A stretch of 64,000 bases of DNA from Leidyana gryllorum EB-2025a (Eukaryota > Protista > Apicomplexa), in assembly GCA_048772705.1 (NCBI GenBank), contig JBLWGC010000002.1:230729-294728 (forward strand). Reading direction: 5' to 3'. Shown here in pieces: positions 36,906 through 48,558 of the stretch (positions are counted from its first letter, which is position 1; every line of letters starts with the position of its first letter). The translations under genes and the position numbers were made by a program. The notes under the pieces are model-generated. The model did no database searches. It was given only the letters and a program-made list of their open reading frames with translations, and was not told the origin of the DNA.

Positions 36906-39356
36906 ATGGTGGTCGATCCTAGTCTGTGTCTTTTAGCAATCGAGGGGGGCTCTGTCGATTGGGATCTTATTGAAGTGTCAAATCCCACTGTTCTAGGGGA
37001 GATCTTGAGTAGAAGAGCAACCGTGACTATTCGTAGAAGCATTGAAGACTGCTCAGTTGGCATTGTCCACGGCAGTTGTCGTACGTACGCCAAAGAACCT
37101 GATCCTGTGCTTGTTGTATCAGGCCTAGAGGACCTTTATACCTTAGAGAAAGTATCTGCCACCGAAATGACCCTCCAAATGCTATTACCCATTGGCCCTA
37201 GGGGTGGTCCTCCTGCGGACGATGTACCCTCTAACCGGGACCCCGAGACCATGAGCAACAGCACATCGTCTTCCACATGCGTGGTCAGTGAAATAGTTAC
37301 GTTCCGAACGCTACGACCTGCTTGTTCTGACCTCTTTGCCTTGCATCAATGGCTCTTGGAACAAACTCGAACTCGAGCTCATGTATGGACTCTCCCGGGC
37401 AACGAAGCCTTCTGTGGCGTTACGGTGGAGCAATTGATGAATGCGCCAGTGTCGGTGTCCACTAAGGAGGCCCTCAATACCTTCTTTGAAATGTTCCCCG
37501 TGCTGGTGATTCCACCTCGAAGAATGAAAGGTGCGATTGCGAAAGGTGGCATTGTTGACGACTCTATGGCTGAGGCGCTACGCTTGCCGTGGCAGTCTTA
37601 CGAATTGATTCCTCTGGCCCAGGGTCAAGATCTGGCTGAGCTATCAGCCGTTTTCACTGAGAATCTACGACAACATTTGAGAGAATACGGCGAGTCAGAG
37701 AGGGAAAGTATTCATGAATTCTCATTTTTCACGGCCCTGTTTGTCTTTACCAGCAGCTGTAAGTCGGTCCCGGAAGCGTCTGGTGCGAAAGACACAACTT
37801 CTCGTCTCAGGTACCCAGATTGAGCTTGGGTTGTCGGCACTTCAAATAGAAGGGGCCAACTTGGCAGCAATTCAGGAATACACCGCCGGTGAGTACAGTG
37901 ATGCAGCTGTGAAGTTCCCCATGTTTGTATTCGTGTTCGTGTGTGTGTGTGTGTGTGGGTGTGCGTGTGTTGGCCGTCTCGGCAGCAGGGACAACGTATG
38001 TTACGTTACGTGCTTTTGACGGACGATCGATCGCCACTCTGCGATATTCAGATCTACTGAGTCGTCCGATCTGCGCGTATCAGATAATGCGCTATTTTTG
38101 TACTGCCGTTAAGAATGGTAAGACGATTGGTTAGCTTGGAGTGGCGATGGAGAGCTCCCGGGAATTCAGGGTTCGAGTTTGTTGTGGCACCTATGCCAGA
38201 TAGAAGCTCGCTGTTTCTCGATTGTATTGGGGGGTTAGAGCTTAAAACGCATGAAATGACTGTCACGCATAAAGTCGGAGTGAGGGTAAGTGTGTCAGTG
38301 GTCGAGGGGGCGTTGGCATAAGGCCGTGTGGCAGATGACATTGTCGTTGGCGAAAACAGCTCTGTTGCGAGGGGTGCCGCAACTACGCGATATAAGTCGG
38401 AGATTAGACCCCAGCACATTGGTCAAGTATCATTATGGTCACAGCGTGACCGGCCCTGTGTCGTTGGCGGACTTGATAGAAGTCGAGCCAGCAGTTCAAT
38501 TGTCGATTTGTGAGCTGCCTGTGATGTTGCAAGGTGCGCAGGTGCCGATGGGTATTGGCGATCTCATGATCTGGCAGCGTTTGATGATTTGCTGAGGGAG
38601 GTTTTCACACGCGGACTGCAAGTGAGCTCGAACAAGTATGCTCCACTGCAAGATGCAATCTATGCCGAGAGGGATTACCACTCGTTCGGCAACGCCACGG
38701 AGTGCTGGATCCCTTGGAACTGGCGGATCGCTCCCATCAACGGTACGCTGCAGTGGCTCCGCTACCATATCTATACATCTCTCTCACTCTGTCAGAAACG
38801 ACCAGAATTATGCTTATGGGGCAGGTCAGCGGGAAACGGATGCTCTCCGATGCATTCGAGTCGCTAAAAGTAATGGGGATGGCGGAGAAACAAGATTGCT
38901 GGCTGCCGATGTTGCTGGCGGGACGCGCCTTCGTCTGTGGCTTGCCAGAGAATATATTAGACCACTTGGACGACGAGGGCAAATTAACTGTTCGGCCGTC
39001 CGCACTGTCTGAAAATATCAAACCATATGTGATTGAGTGCGATTCTCGCAGGTTGCGATGGCAGTGGCAATCTCGCTTGACGGTGAGCTGTCCTCCCTCC
39101 CAACCAAACTCCAATCACCCAGACTCTCTACAAGTTGTGCCCATTCTGGCCCAAGGAGATCCTGTTCGAGTATTTGTCCCCCACTTTGAACTTCGACGGG
39201 GCTCCGTCTTTTGAAGAGATTGTGTCCACATATTTGAAGGTGAGGCAATGGGAAAGGAGACTCCATCAAGTCATCAAACTAATATTACAGCCGTGCACAA
39301 ACAGTCCTTTGCTGGCTAACCAAGCGCTCTGCCTTGAGCACAACACACAACGATAA
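36906..39356 (+). CDS. Hypothetical multi-exon gene(s); boundaries approximate
   Basis: 305-aa first ORF followed by further + ORFs separated by GT-AG segments (e.g. about 38510-38578). No family recognised. Confidence 0.45.
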
Positions 39357-39739
39357 AACCGTCCGCGCCGCCTCTATGTATATAAAACGTCAATGTGTTG
39401 TTCGCGGAGTCCTTAGCTGCTGAGTTTTCATTGAGGGCTTTTTGGGTGCACCTGCATTTCAGCATTGTGAGACGTCATCCAAACGAATTTCGGCACCGAA
39501 GCCACTCAATTCCCTAGACGATACAACAGCGCCCTGCGAAATCCGTTCAGGAAGGGAAGGCGGGACCGACTATAATATACACATGACGGGGACATGTAAA
39601 CAATTCAGCCGGCACAACTCCTCGCTTGACCGAAAGTGTCTTGAGTTGCAAGCGCCACCAGTCAAATATCACCTCGATTGATCGCTCATGCGAGGCAGGG
39701 TGCACACATATTCAGTCAGTCAGTCAAGCTAATCATTCT

Positions 39740-41006
39740 TAGGCGCGGTCCATTCGTTTCTTGCGCACTGATGGTAATGCGGTTGCGCAACGCTTCATTC
39801 GTGCAGCTGCAGCCGCTGCACTAGCAGCAGCGCGGGTAGATGACACAAGAGCTGACGCCGACGCCGAACTCCCGAAAGACGAAAATCCTCTGCCTGCTCA
39901 AAAGCAAAGTCAATATGGCACACACGTGTGTGGAGCGTGGCGCACAATGTGTTTACAATGATCAATGATTACAATGGTTCAGACGCATTGTGCCTATTAC
40001 TCTTGGTCATAGCCGGTAGAATATGTCAAGCCCACGGCTAATGAACAACTGGAAAATAAGAAGCCACAGTCCGGCAGGTGCCGCAGTCAAACAAGCCCCA
40101 TCATCCGACCGGGCGGCAGCGTCGTGTACAAACACTTGGGGAGGTAATAAGACTACACACGACCATTGATACGGGTACGACAAGTATGATAGAGAATGAT
40201 TGATCATTAGACGTATTAATTATGAGTTACAAAGCAAAATGAGCTCCGCCGCACAGGGAATTCACATTATACGAAACGGGGGAAGCAAGAAGGGCGAGTA
40301 TTCTTTCCACGTTGTCACCAGCACAGGATACGAGGGCATATATTTCAGCAGCAGCAACAGCAGCCGATAGATCGATGAATGAATGAACGAACGAACGAGC
40401 GAGACAGACAAACAGATTCACGATGGCCGCCGGTGACGTACCTGGCATAGAGCTTTGGTCTGACGTGGGCGTCTGAGGCGATGGATGATGGTGTATGGCG
40501 TGCATCATCGTGATAGGATCTATGAGGCGGGAGTGCCTCGGTACCTGGGCCCGGCTGGGCCGGGTGCAGGAAGTGGAGCTAATCAAAGTTTCCAATGGAT
40601 CACTTCCGCAATCACTGTGGCCTCCACTGTCATGTGACAGGCCACTGGCTGTTGTACTGGACCTGTGGGGACATCGCTTCCCATGCTCCGGGCACGACTT
40701 TGCATGATCGAACTTGCGAACATACTCGGTGGACCCACTGAGCGTCGAATCTCGGCGCGGGGGAGCGCTCATCAGGGACTCTGCTTCGAAACTTCCACTT
40801 CGTGAAATAGATGTCACCGGGAAAGCGTCGATGCGTCCCGAGCCGCTTCGCGACGTATTGCTGCTTGGGCTTTCCGAAGTTTGTCCAAGACGGCGGAGGT
40901 GTTGTCTAAGGTTGCAGTTATATTTGCTTCGCCATCGAATCGCAGATGCGGAAGCAGCGGCTGCTCGAGTATTGGTATCAAAAACTGCGCTCTCGACAGT
41001 ACTCAT
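39740..41006 (-). CDS. Possible hypothetical Ser-rich multi-exon gene
   Basis: ORF from ATG 41006 (MSTVESAVF...) and intron-like segments near 40440 and 39893-39956. Structure unresolved. Confidence 0.35.
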
Positions 41007-41031
41007 GGGTTGTTTGCCACCAAAAGTCTTC

Positions 41032-43143
41032 CTACCGCACTGCTGCTGCCTCTTTCTCACCACTGTTCTCTAGGGCTGCTGTTGTTGTTGGTCGTGGCTT
41101 CGCCAGGATGCCCAAAAGGTCGCTCAGATCTTCGGCAATCTCTAAACTGGCGGAGGGATAGGAAGCTTTGAAACTTCGAAGGCTCATATTTCTCAATTTC
41201 ACTTTAAACATGCGGTTCATAAGCCACGTCCGGACGATCACTCCCGTCAGCTGGTAGTCGGTGCAGAAGGTTCCGAAATGGTTCTCGAGGACATACGACA
41301 CATTCCCTTCTTCCTGGCCCGGTAGATAAGAGCTCAGAATGATGGGCAACGATCGAGTCGTAGCCTCGGCTATAGTGCCCGGACCCGCCTTGCTGATCAA
41401 AAGGTCACTCGCCGTCATCAGATCGTGCATATGGTTCGTAAAACCGTACACCACGACCCTCACCCGGAACGGTGTGACTGCGTGTGCCTCCAAAATCCGC
41501 TGGCACTCTTGGATTCGTTTCTGATCCTCGAGATCCTGACCTTCGGGCAGCGCGTCTTTGGGCCGCAGAAGCACCGAATCGTCCATTTCCGGGCTGCTCT
41601 CAGTCTTAGCCGCTGCGGTCAGATCCGTATACCCCACTGGCCCCATCAAGGATAAATCGTCTTCTTCAAGTTGCTTAAAGATCGCTCTCAATGTTGCCGA
41701 ATCCTCGCTCGCGCACCTCCGAAGTCGCGTAGGCTCCTCAGAGATAGGCGGTGACTGCGGCAGCACAGGGACGGAAGCCTCGCGCCGATTCCCTCCCACC
41801 ATACTGGGTGTCATCCCCAACAGATCGACATCGCTCAGCGCGCGCACAGCCGGTGAAAGGCAGGGCTTACAGGGGGCGTCTGCGTTGAAACGAGAATGGG
41901 ATTTCGAATTGTGGTGTGCGTGTGTGCGTGTCTTACCGGCGGCATTGAGGGAACGGTGGGCTTTGGGCGTATGGATATTGTGAAGCTCATCGGGCGACAG
42001 CGTGTTGGTTGGTGACCCGACGGAGGTGCTGGCGCTGCGTAGACGGCGCTGTCGGTCGCTGGTGGGACGGGCGTCGTCGGAAGAAGAGTCCTGTTTGGCG
42101 ATTCGCGTGTGTGTGGGCGGGGCCTTTTTCGGTTTGCCGCCTTCCAGGTGTTGGTGGTCGGAGGCTGGAGTGGCAAAGTCACTGATAACGACCTGTCCAT
42201 TGTGTATTTTATCTCGTAGTTCGCTCAGTACTCGTTGTCGGAGCTGTTCGTTCTTGCCGCAGATAATGACCAGTTGTAGTGGTACTGTAGTGAGTTCATA
42301 GTCCGGATGGAATAGTTTGTCAATGTCGCCAATTCGGTGCTTGGAGGTTGCTTTGACTCTCGCTTTGAGAGTGTCCTGATCAGCCAGGAAGGTCTCCACT
42401 ACTGAACTAGCTATCAAATCTATGTTGCCAACTCCCTCTCCTCCACCGACGAGGAGAGCGGTTGGCCAGTCCGGACACAGACCGAGACGTTGTCTAACCG
42501 CTGCCTGCATCTGTGGCTTCTGCTGAGGAGATACGCTCTGCCAGAAGTCCCGACGGAGCGGCAGTCCGAATTGGCGTATGTTATTTTCGGAAATGCCCTC
42601 GTGGAGGGCGACTTCCTTGACAGCCCTACTAGGCAGATAGATCCGAGTAGCTTTAGGGTGGAACCAGGTGGGGTGAGCTCCGCCGAGATCAGTCACGATG
42701 GTCACGAACGGGATTCCAGTGCACTTAAGTTCGTGTAGAATCTGCAGAGGCACGTGTTGGCAGAGGGGGTGGACAGAAATAATGAGGTCGGGCTTGATGG
42801 TGCTAAAGACTTTGGCAAACGATGTGCCCGAAACAGCGTATCCAGATGATAAGAATAGAGAACGAGAGATCGGGGATTGACTGGACTCGTACATCACTTT
42901 CCAGCACCAAGGATTCTCAGACGCGAATCTATAAATGGGAACAAACGCGTTGAAGGGCCAGCTGCCATACGTCGTCCACAAATCCAATATACTGATATCC
43001 AGCGCGTCGGGTCCATAAACTTCCTCCAACGCGTCGCTAATCGCGCGAGCTGACGCCCGATGCCCGCCACCCGTATCACTCAGTAAAATCAACACGCGCC
43101 GTTTGTAGTCAGACGTCACATCGCTCGCACTGTGTGCACACAT
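41032..43143 (-). CDS. Plant/algal-type monogalactosyldiacylglycerol (MGDG) synthase (GT28) with a large insertion; alternative start 43326
   Basis: VLILLSDTGGGHRASA, KPDLIISVHPLCQHVPL, IPFVTIVTDL...HPTWFHP, FGLPLR, LLVGGGEGVG, IICGKN, LLISKAGPGTIAEA...LPIIL...GQEEGNV. These match MGD1-type motifs in order. Confidence 0.92.
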   Translation of the reverse strand: MCAHSASDVTSDYKRRVLILLSDTGGGHRASARAISDALEEVYGPDALDISILDLWTTYGSWPFNAFVPIYRFASENPWCWKVMYESSQSPISRSLFLSSGYAVSGTSFAKVFSTIKPDLIISVHPLCQHVPLQILHELKCTGIPFVTIVTDLGGAHPTWFHPKATRIYLPSRAVKEVALHEGISENNIRQFGLPLRRDFWQSVSPQQKPQMQAAVRQRLGLCPDWPTALLVGGGEGVGNIDLIASSVVETFLADQDTLKARVKATSKHRIGDIDKLFHPDYELTTVPLQLVIICGKNEQLRQRVLSELRDKIHNGQVVISDFATPASDHQHLEGGKPKKAPPTHTRIAKQDSSSDDARPTSDRQRRLRSASTSVGSPTNTLSPDELHNIHTPKAHRSLNAAGKTRTHAHHNSKSHSRFNADAPCKPCLSPAVRALSDVDLLGMTPSMVGGNRREASVPVLPQSPPISEEPTRLRRCASEDSATLRAIFKQLEEDDLSLMGPVGYTDLTAAAKTESSPEMDDSVLLRPKDALPEGQDLEDQKRIQECQRILEAHAVTPFRVRVVVYGFTNHMHDLMTASDLLISKAGPGTIAEATTRSLPIILSSYLPGQEEGNVSYVLENHFGTFCTDYQLTGVIVRTWLMNRMFKVKLRNMSLRSFKASYPSASLEIAEDLSDLLGILAKPRPTTTAALENSGEKEAAAVR

Positions 43144-45410
43144 ACCCGACGAGCTGGACGACGAGAAAAATTCAACCAGATTGTGCCATTTCACGCCCAA
43201 ACGCCACACCCCATTCGCCACCGGGTGTCCTGGGAAGTGTTCGGACCGTTCTGTCCCCTGCCATTTTTTTTTCCTATCTAACCCATAAATATATCTTACC
43301 TTGCCACCATTTCCCTCCCGTTGCATGTGTGTGTTATCTGATCGACCAAGAGGGCGTTTTAAAGACTACCAGAAGCCTCACCTTCTGGCAAGCAGAACTG
43401 ATGCCCCAAATTGACTCGTCCGGGCGCTATCAAACGGGCAGACCCAACCCTCTCTGTTCAACTTGCGTGCGTTCGATACATTGAAGACCAATGATTTCCT
43501 CTACTGACCCAATCACTTGGTGTCCCGGGCCGACGCTCTAAAGGTGGGACAGCCGCGCTGCTGCCCCCAACCGCAAAGCCCAACAACGACTGGTCGACAG
43601 GTGGCTGATTGGAGCTCTCCAGACTCCTTCTAGTCGAATCCTCGTTCCTACATTCCTTCAATTGCTTCCTCGGACTTTCGAAGGCCTCCTTCCAGCGCTC
43701 TAATCGCCAAGGTGGTTCATTCAAGTCCCATATAAATTCAATTGCTTTCTAAGGTGGTTCGTTGGCGTCTAATACCTAACCGTCTCCGAGTCTAATCCGA
43801 TAGCATACATCCCTACACACTGCTAACCGGGCTCCCTTTTCCATCTGATTGATGCTCAATCGTACATCAACCAGCGCGGGGAGACCCAATAATGACGGGT
43901 ATCAATAGTGGTCGCCTGCGGCGTGCATCCGCTGTGTGATCGAATCCTCTGCCCCACACTCCACCAATCGTCAACCACCCCGAATTTCAGGCCTCACAAA
44001 CTTCGGGACCCGAAATCAGCTTCGCGAGCCTCTGTAATCAACGTGCGCTTTCGCAAAGCACGAGGCGCGGCGCCCATCATTTGGGTCGCAGAGTTAGTCT
44101 ACCATAAGTATCTCACTCAAAAAACCCCTATAGTCAGCTACCCCCCTATAGTCAGCAACCCACAATCCGCAGTTCAAATTGTGGAGCCCACACCGCGTCG
44201 AGCGTGCTGGTAAGCACATAGGCTGGGGTTAGTACTGTTGAGATTTTTGATTACTTGTGAACCCAATTGAGATGACTATAATTGGGACGACTCGTATCCC
44301 ATGGAAGCCACTTGGTCTACCCCAATCGCCTAACCGACATCGGGGCCGGTCAGAAAGCGGACAAAGTTTTATCCGGACCTACTCCGGTGTTGGGCATATC
44401 AAGTCAGGGCGTCGTTAGGTTAGTCTTGCCTCTGCCCACTGCCCTCCACAGATCTGAGCCGAGTGCGCATCAACTTACTGCGTACAGTAAAAGAACAACA
44501 AATGGTAAACTCCATCTGGCACACGTGTGTGTAATGTCGCGGGTCCCCCAAGGGGGGTAGATGGTCGTGCCTAGCGCCTCAGAAGGATAATTGGCATCCA
44601 TAGCCACACTCCAGGCTCGGCAGTTACCACAGAAAGTAGATGCAAAACTTGGTTCCCTCAGTACCAGCAGAGAAGCACATGTCGGCATATGCTGGATTGG
44701 CACTACCCTACCGACGTAAGATGCGGTGGGCGAAGAACGGTGTGAATATAGGACGGTCGTCAGTTGCTCTCCACGGGCCGAAAGATTGCAGAGGGGGGTC
44801 AGGCCAGTCCTAAGGGCGGCTCAGGTGCGAATCGGGGTACCCGCTCAGCTTTTTTCTGAACCTCGGTCCCCATCGATGAGGTCGGTTTCATAAGCGGGAT
44901 AGACGGAGATGGAAAGGTGGTGTCATCAGTCACCAAAGAACAGCATCGCAAGTGAACGTCTGCCTCAGCCTCCTCCCCTGTCCACCCAGCGCTATCTGAC
45001 GTGGAGGTTCCCCAGTTGCTTCTCGGAAAACATTGTCGTTCACTCTCCCCATTCTACGACCCCGAAGGCGCGCAAACGATGCAGACAGAAGGCGGGATGC
45101 ATGCTGACACCTGCCGTCACCTCTTAACACTCGGCTGACGTGCCGGATTAGATCTGAGTCGCAGTGAGCTGCTTTGTGATTCCAAGATACCTCAATCTAC
45201 CGTGAAGTATGATGTGTGTGTGTGTGTGTGTGTTGGCAGAGCACATTGGATGGCTGTGCGCGGCACCCTCTGTGGCCAATTTGGCATATACGCAACGATC
45301 AGCAGAGGTATCACTCAGGAGGTGTTGTAAGTAGCGGGTACTGTGTCAGTGCCCCACCTGGGTTTGAGTAGCAGATCCGGTGAGGGAAAAGTTCGCTACA
45401 CTGAGACGCG

Positions 45411-45791
45411 ATGTACTCACCCATCGCTTTCATATTGCTGCTTGTGAGTGTGGGGGCGACGTTCTGGGCCCCATACTGGTGGCCATCGCATCACAGCTCC
45501 CACCTGCCTCCCTATGAGCCATTGTTGATGGGTCCCGCCCCACTTGGTGGGCCATCCACTCAGGGTTTCGGTGGTGGCCCACCGTTCCGTCGTCGTCGAC
45601 TGCCCATCTCGGGATTTCCCAACAGGAGGTGGAGAGACGTGTACTGGCGCGAGCCCGAGGACGCGGGGGGCGTAGGCTCGGATGCGGATCGCACATTGCA
45701 GGCGCGCACTTACAAACGAGGACGTTCGGGACACGATCACTCAAGTGCTGCCTTGGGAAAACTATTTGACGTGTTCTCAAAACTCGCCTGA
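45411..45791 (+). CDS. Small putative secreted protein
   Basis: 126-aa ORF with a signal-peptide-like N-terminus (MYSPIAFILLLVSVGA). Confidence 0.5.
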   Translation: MYSPIAFILLLVSVGATFWAPYWWPSHHSSHLPPYEPLLMGPAPLGGPSTQGFGGGPPFRRRRLPISGFPNRRWRDVYWREPEDAGGVGSDADRTLQARTYKRGRSGHDHSSAALGKLFDVFSKLA

Positions 45792-46207
45792 TCTCAGCCG
45801 CCCCACATTGGATTGACACTGTGATGAGAGATCGCGCGAACGTATTTCACATAACGAAGCCGTGTAACCCCTCCGTAAACCCTCTCGTCAGTATTTGGAC
45901 AGAGAAGCTATCCGTAATTCGTCGCATCGCCACAGCAAATGGATTTTGACCTGCAGAGGCATCCTCTTTGGTGACACGGGTTTGGGTGGCAGACAAATGC
46001 CGCTCCCGTCCTGACCCTTCAAAACGTCATGGATTGCACAGTGATAGTCGGCAATTCCGGATGTATATAAAGTGTTCGTGAGAAATAGGAGCTTCGACAC
46101 AAAGACTACAGCTCTCGCCAGACACAGAGTCCCTTACATATTTATACACACACACACACAAGCCAAGCACTCGCACACACGCACACACAGAGGGCGCTGA
46201 GTATTGC

Positions 46208-48376
46208 TTAGTGGAGTATGGAGGCACAATAGATGGCTGCGACTTTGAGAGTTAACAAAGAAAAGGTGAAGAGGGCAGCGGAGGTTTGAGAAGGTTGGGC
46301 GGAGCGGAGAGGCCAAACTTGGGCTTCAATGATAGTGTCGGAACTATATGAATAGGCGAGGACCCTGTGGAAGGGCTCTTTCTGGGGGAAGAATAGCGCT
46401 GTTAACGAGACTTCGCCATTGTCGAAGAGGACTTCGACAGAGGAGACGTCGAGTATCGCGTGGACAGTGGTTGTTGGGAGTGAAAGTCGTCGTACAGCGG
46501 TGGTGAGATTCATATTCTCGTAGTCGTTTGAGAAAGCATTGACTGAAGGAGAGCGCAGAACGTAAAATAATGGGACTGTGTCCCGAATGGTCAAACCGAT
46601 CTCGACAAACTCGGCCAAGTCTGACGAGAGGCTGATCCCATTGTCAAATCGGAAAGCAAAGACTCGCGTTCCGACGTTGCTATCAGCCTCAGTCACGGGA
46701 GGTAGTCCCCGGACGGTCGCTTGGAGCTCAATTCCGGGATTGTTGTTATAGGTGAAAACACAGGGGAGTCCGCGTGAGAGTGAGTCGTCGTTGGGAGCGC
46801 CTCCTGTCTGAGCGAGGTCCTGGTCGATGGCACGGTCGTCGTCGTCGTCTGACGGTCCGTCGACTGTACAGGTCTGATAGGGGCGAGCGCGTAGTCGGTC
46901 GACGGGCACAAAGTGCTGTTTGAGTACGTAATCAGGTTCGTCAACGGAGAAGCCTCTGTTGACGAGGCTCAGTTGGCGGGGATGGGTCATTCCCGACCTC
47001 CAAGGGAAGGTGGGTACGGTATTAGCATAGATCCAATTGTTCATCCAGGCCTGGTAGATGACCTCTTGCTCGCGATCGGCGCGGTAGAAAGTGGCCCCTC
47101 CAGTGTGGTCTGGTCCGTGATCTAACCATTTGGGATACTTTGACGGGTTCTCGATGGGCGAGAAGGTCCACACGTGACCGACTTGGGTGAAAGTCCCCAC
47201 GAAATACATTGTTCCTGACCCAATGTCCAATTCCTCATAATATTTGTGGTCGTCCTCCTCGGGCAGGGCGGGTCCGCCATCCTTGGCGGGCAGGCGGCTC
47301 TCGATGGAGACGAGGAGGACAAAGAGTTCCAGTGGGTCGGTGTCCTCGAGTCTCTCTTTCACGGGCAGCCGGAACAGATCCGGCGTCCGCCACAAAGCGC
47401 TCATTCCCCATTGCGGTCCGCCAACGAGATTGAGATAGTTACATTGCGGGTCGTGTTCCCGAAAATCACGTGTCCGAGGGTCGTCTCCATCAAAGGTGCC
47501 AAAGGCACTCTCCGGCGTCCATTGCCTCAAATTGAATGAACTATAAAAGGTGATTCTATCACAATTTGCCAAAGCCATAATGTACACTTGGGTCGCAAGC
47601 TTATATATCTTGGGGTCGCGGTTGTACTTTTCCCATGACGCTGGTGTGACGAAATCGGGTTCCCACGTATCGTCTGTGACGTTCCATTGACCTTCGCGCT
47701 TCCAGTATCCCAGATTCATCCTCTCCATATTCGCCAATCCCGCGTCGTTCATGTCGACATGGGTAATAGACCCATATCCAGAAGGACTAGTCGCATTTCG
47801 CAGCATAAATCCGGAGCGCTGCTCCTCCATATGACTGTACTCGGCCTCCTGCTCGCCACCACTAAACTCCGTCCGATCCGTCCACCATAAAACCAATGCA
47901 TCCTGACCGTAACCCGCCTGATTCACGTCGTCCAATACTGCGTGGCCATTCATAACCATCCCAGTATACATGTCGTTCATCAGCTCTTCCCGCAAACCCC
48001 GCGGCTCGATAGCCACGCCGTGGTCCCTCCACTGTATCAGGTCCTCACTGGTCGTCCACCGCCAATGCGTAGGGGCCTCTGTCATCCGATACGGCGAGTG
48101 CTGGTAGAACAGGTGGAACAGTTGACCATCGAAAACCATTCCACACGGCTCGTCCCCCCACCCTGCCGGTGTCGACAGGTGCAGCTGAGGCCGCCACTTC
48201 TCACGCCAAGTCGGCGGATAAACTTGTTCTATCGCACGCGGGTACTCCTCCTCGTCCTCCAGCGACACAGGCGGAGCCACTATCCCTCTAGTGGGCCGCC
48301 TCAACGATCCCCCGGCCCCCCACGACAACGAATATGACAGTAGACATGTCGCGTACAATATAGCCGACAACATCAT
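46208..48376 (-). CDS. GH32 (invertase/levanase fold) protein with signal peptide and GPI-like tail; catalytic motifs altered
   Basis: WRPQLHLS, WGDEPCG (for WMNDPNG), FHLFYQHSP, HW...SEDLIQW, RDPKI, WRTPDLF (for WECPDLF), MYFVGTF, WLDHGPD, AWMNNWIYA, PRQLSL, DVSSVEVLFDNG. Intronless. Confidence 0.9.
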   Translation of the reverse strand: MMLSAILYATCLLSYSLSWGAGGSLRRPTRGIVAPPVSLEDEEEYPRAIEQVYPPTWREKWRPQLHLSTPAGWGDEPCGMVFDGQLFHLFYQHSPYRMTEAPTHWRWTTSEDLIQWRDHGVAIEPRGLREELMNDMYTGMVMNGHAVLDDVNQAGYGQDALVLWWTDRTEFSGGEQEAEYSHMEEQRSGFMLRNATSPSGYGSITHVDMNDAGLANMERMNLGYWKREGQWNVTDDTWEPDFVTPASWEKYNRDPKIYKLATQVYIMALANCDRITFYSSFNLRQWTPESAFGTFDGDDPRTRDFREHDPQCNYLNLVGGPQWGMSALWRTPDLFRLPVKERLEDTDPLELFVLLVSIESRLPAKDGGPALPEEDDHKYYEELDIGSGTMYFVGTFTQVGHVWTFSPIENPSKYPKWLDHGPDHTGGATFYRADREQEVIYQAWMNNWIYANTVPTFPWRSGMTHPRQLSLVNRGFSVDEPDYVLKQHFVPVDRLRARPYQTCTVDGPSDDDDDRAIDQDLAQTGGAPNDDSLSRGLPCVFTYNNNPGIELQATVRGLPPVTEADSNVGTRVFAFRFDNGISLSSDLAEFVEIGLTIRDTVPLFYVLRSPSVNAFSNDYENMNLTTAVRRLSLPTTTVHAILDVSSVEVLFDNGEVSLTALFFPQKEPFHRVLAYSYSSDTIIEAQVWPLRSAQPSQTSAALFTFSLLTLKVAAIYCASILH

Positions 48377-48558
48377 CGGGGTTACCCAACCGACTACACC
48401 AACAGACTGGTTCAAAAAGGCACACAACGCCTATTCTCAACTTGATACACCCTCGTCCCAAATCTTCAACTACCCCAACTCTGCCACTGACCCTCTCCGT
48501 GCCATACCTCGTTGGTACCACACCACATACCACTAAAAAAGTGGCTTTTGGGGGTGCC

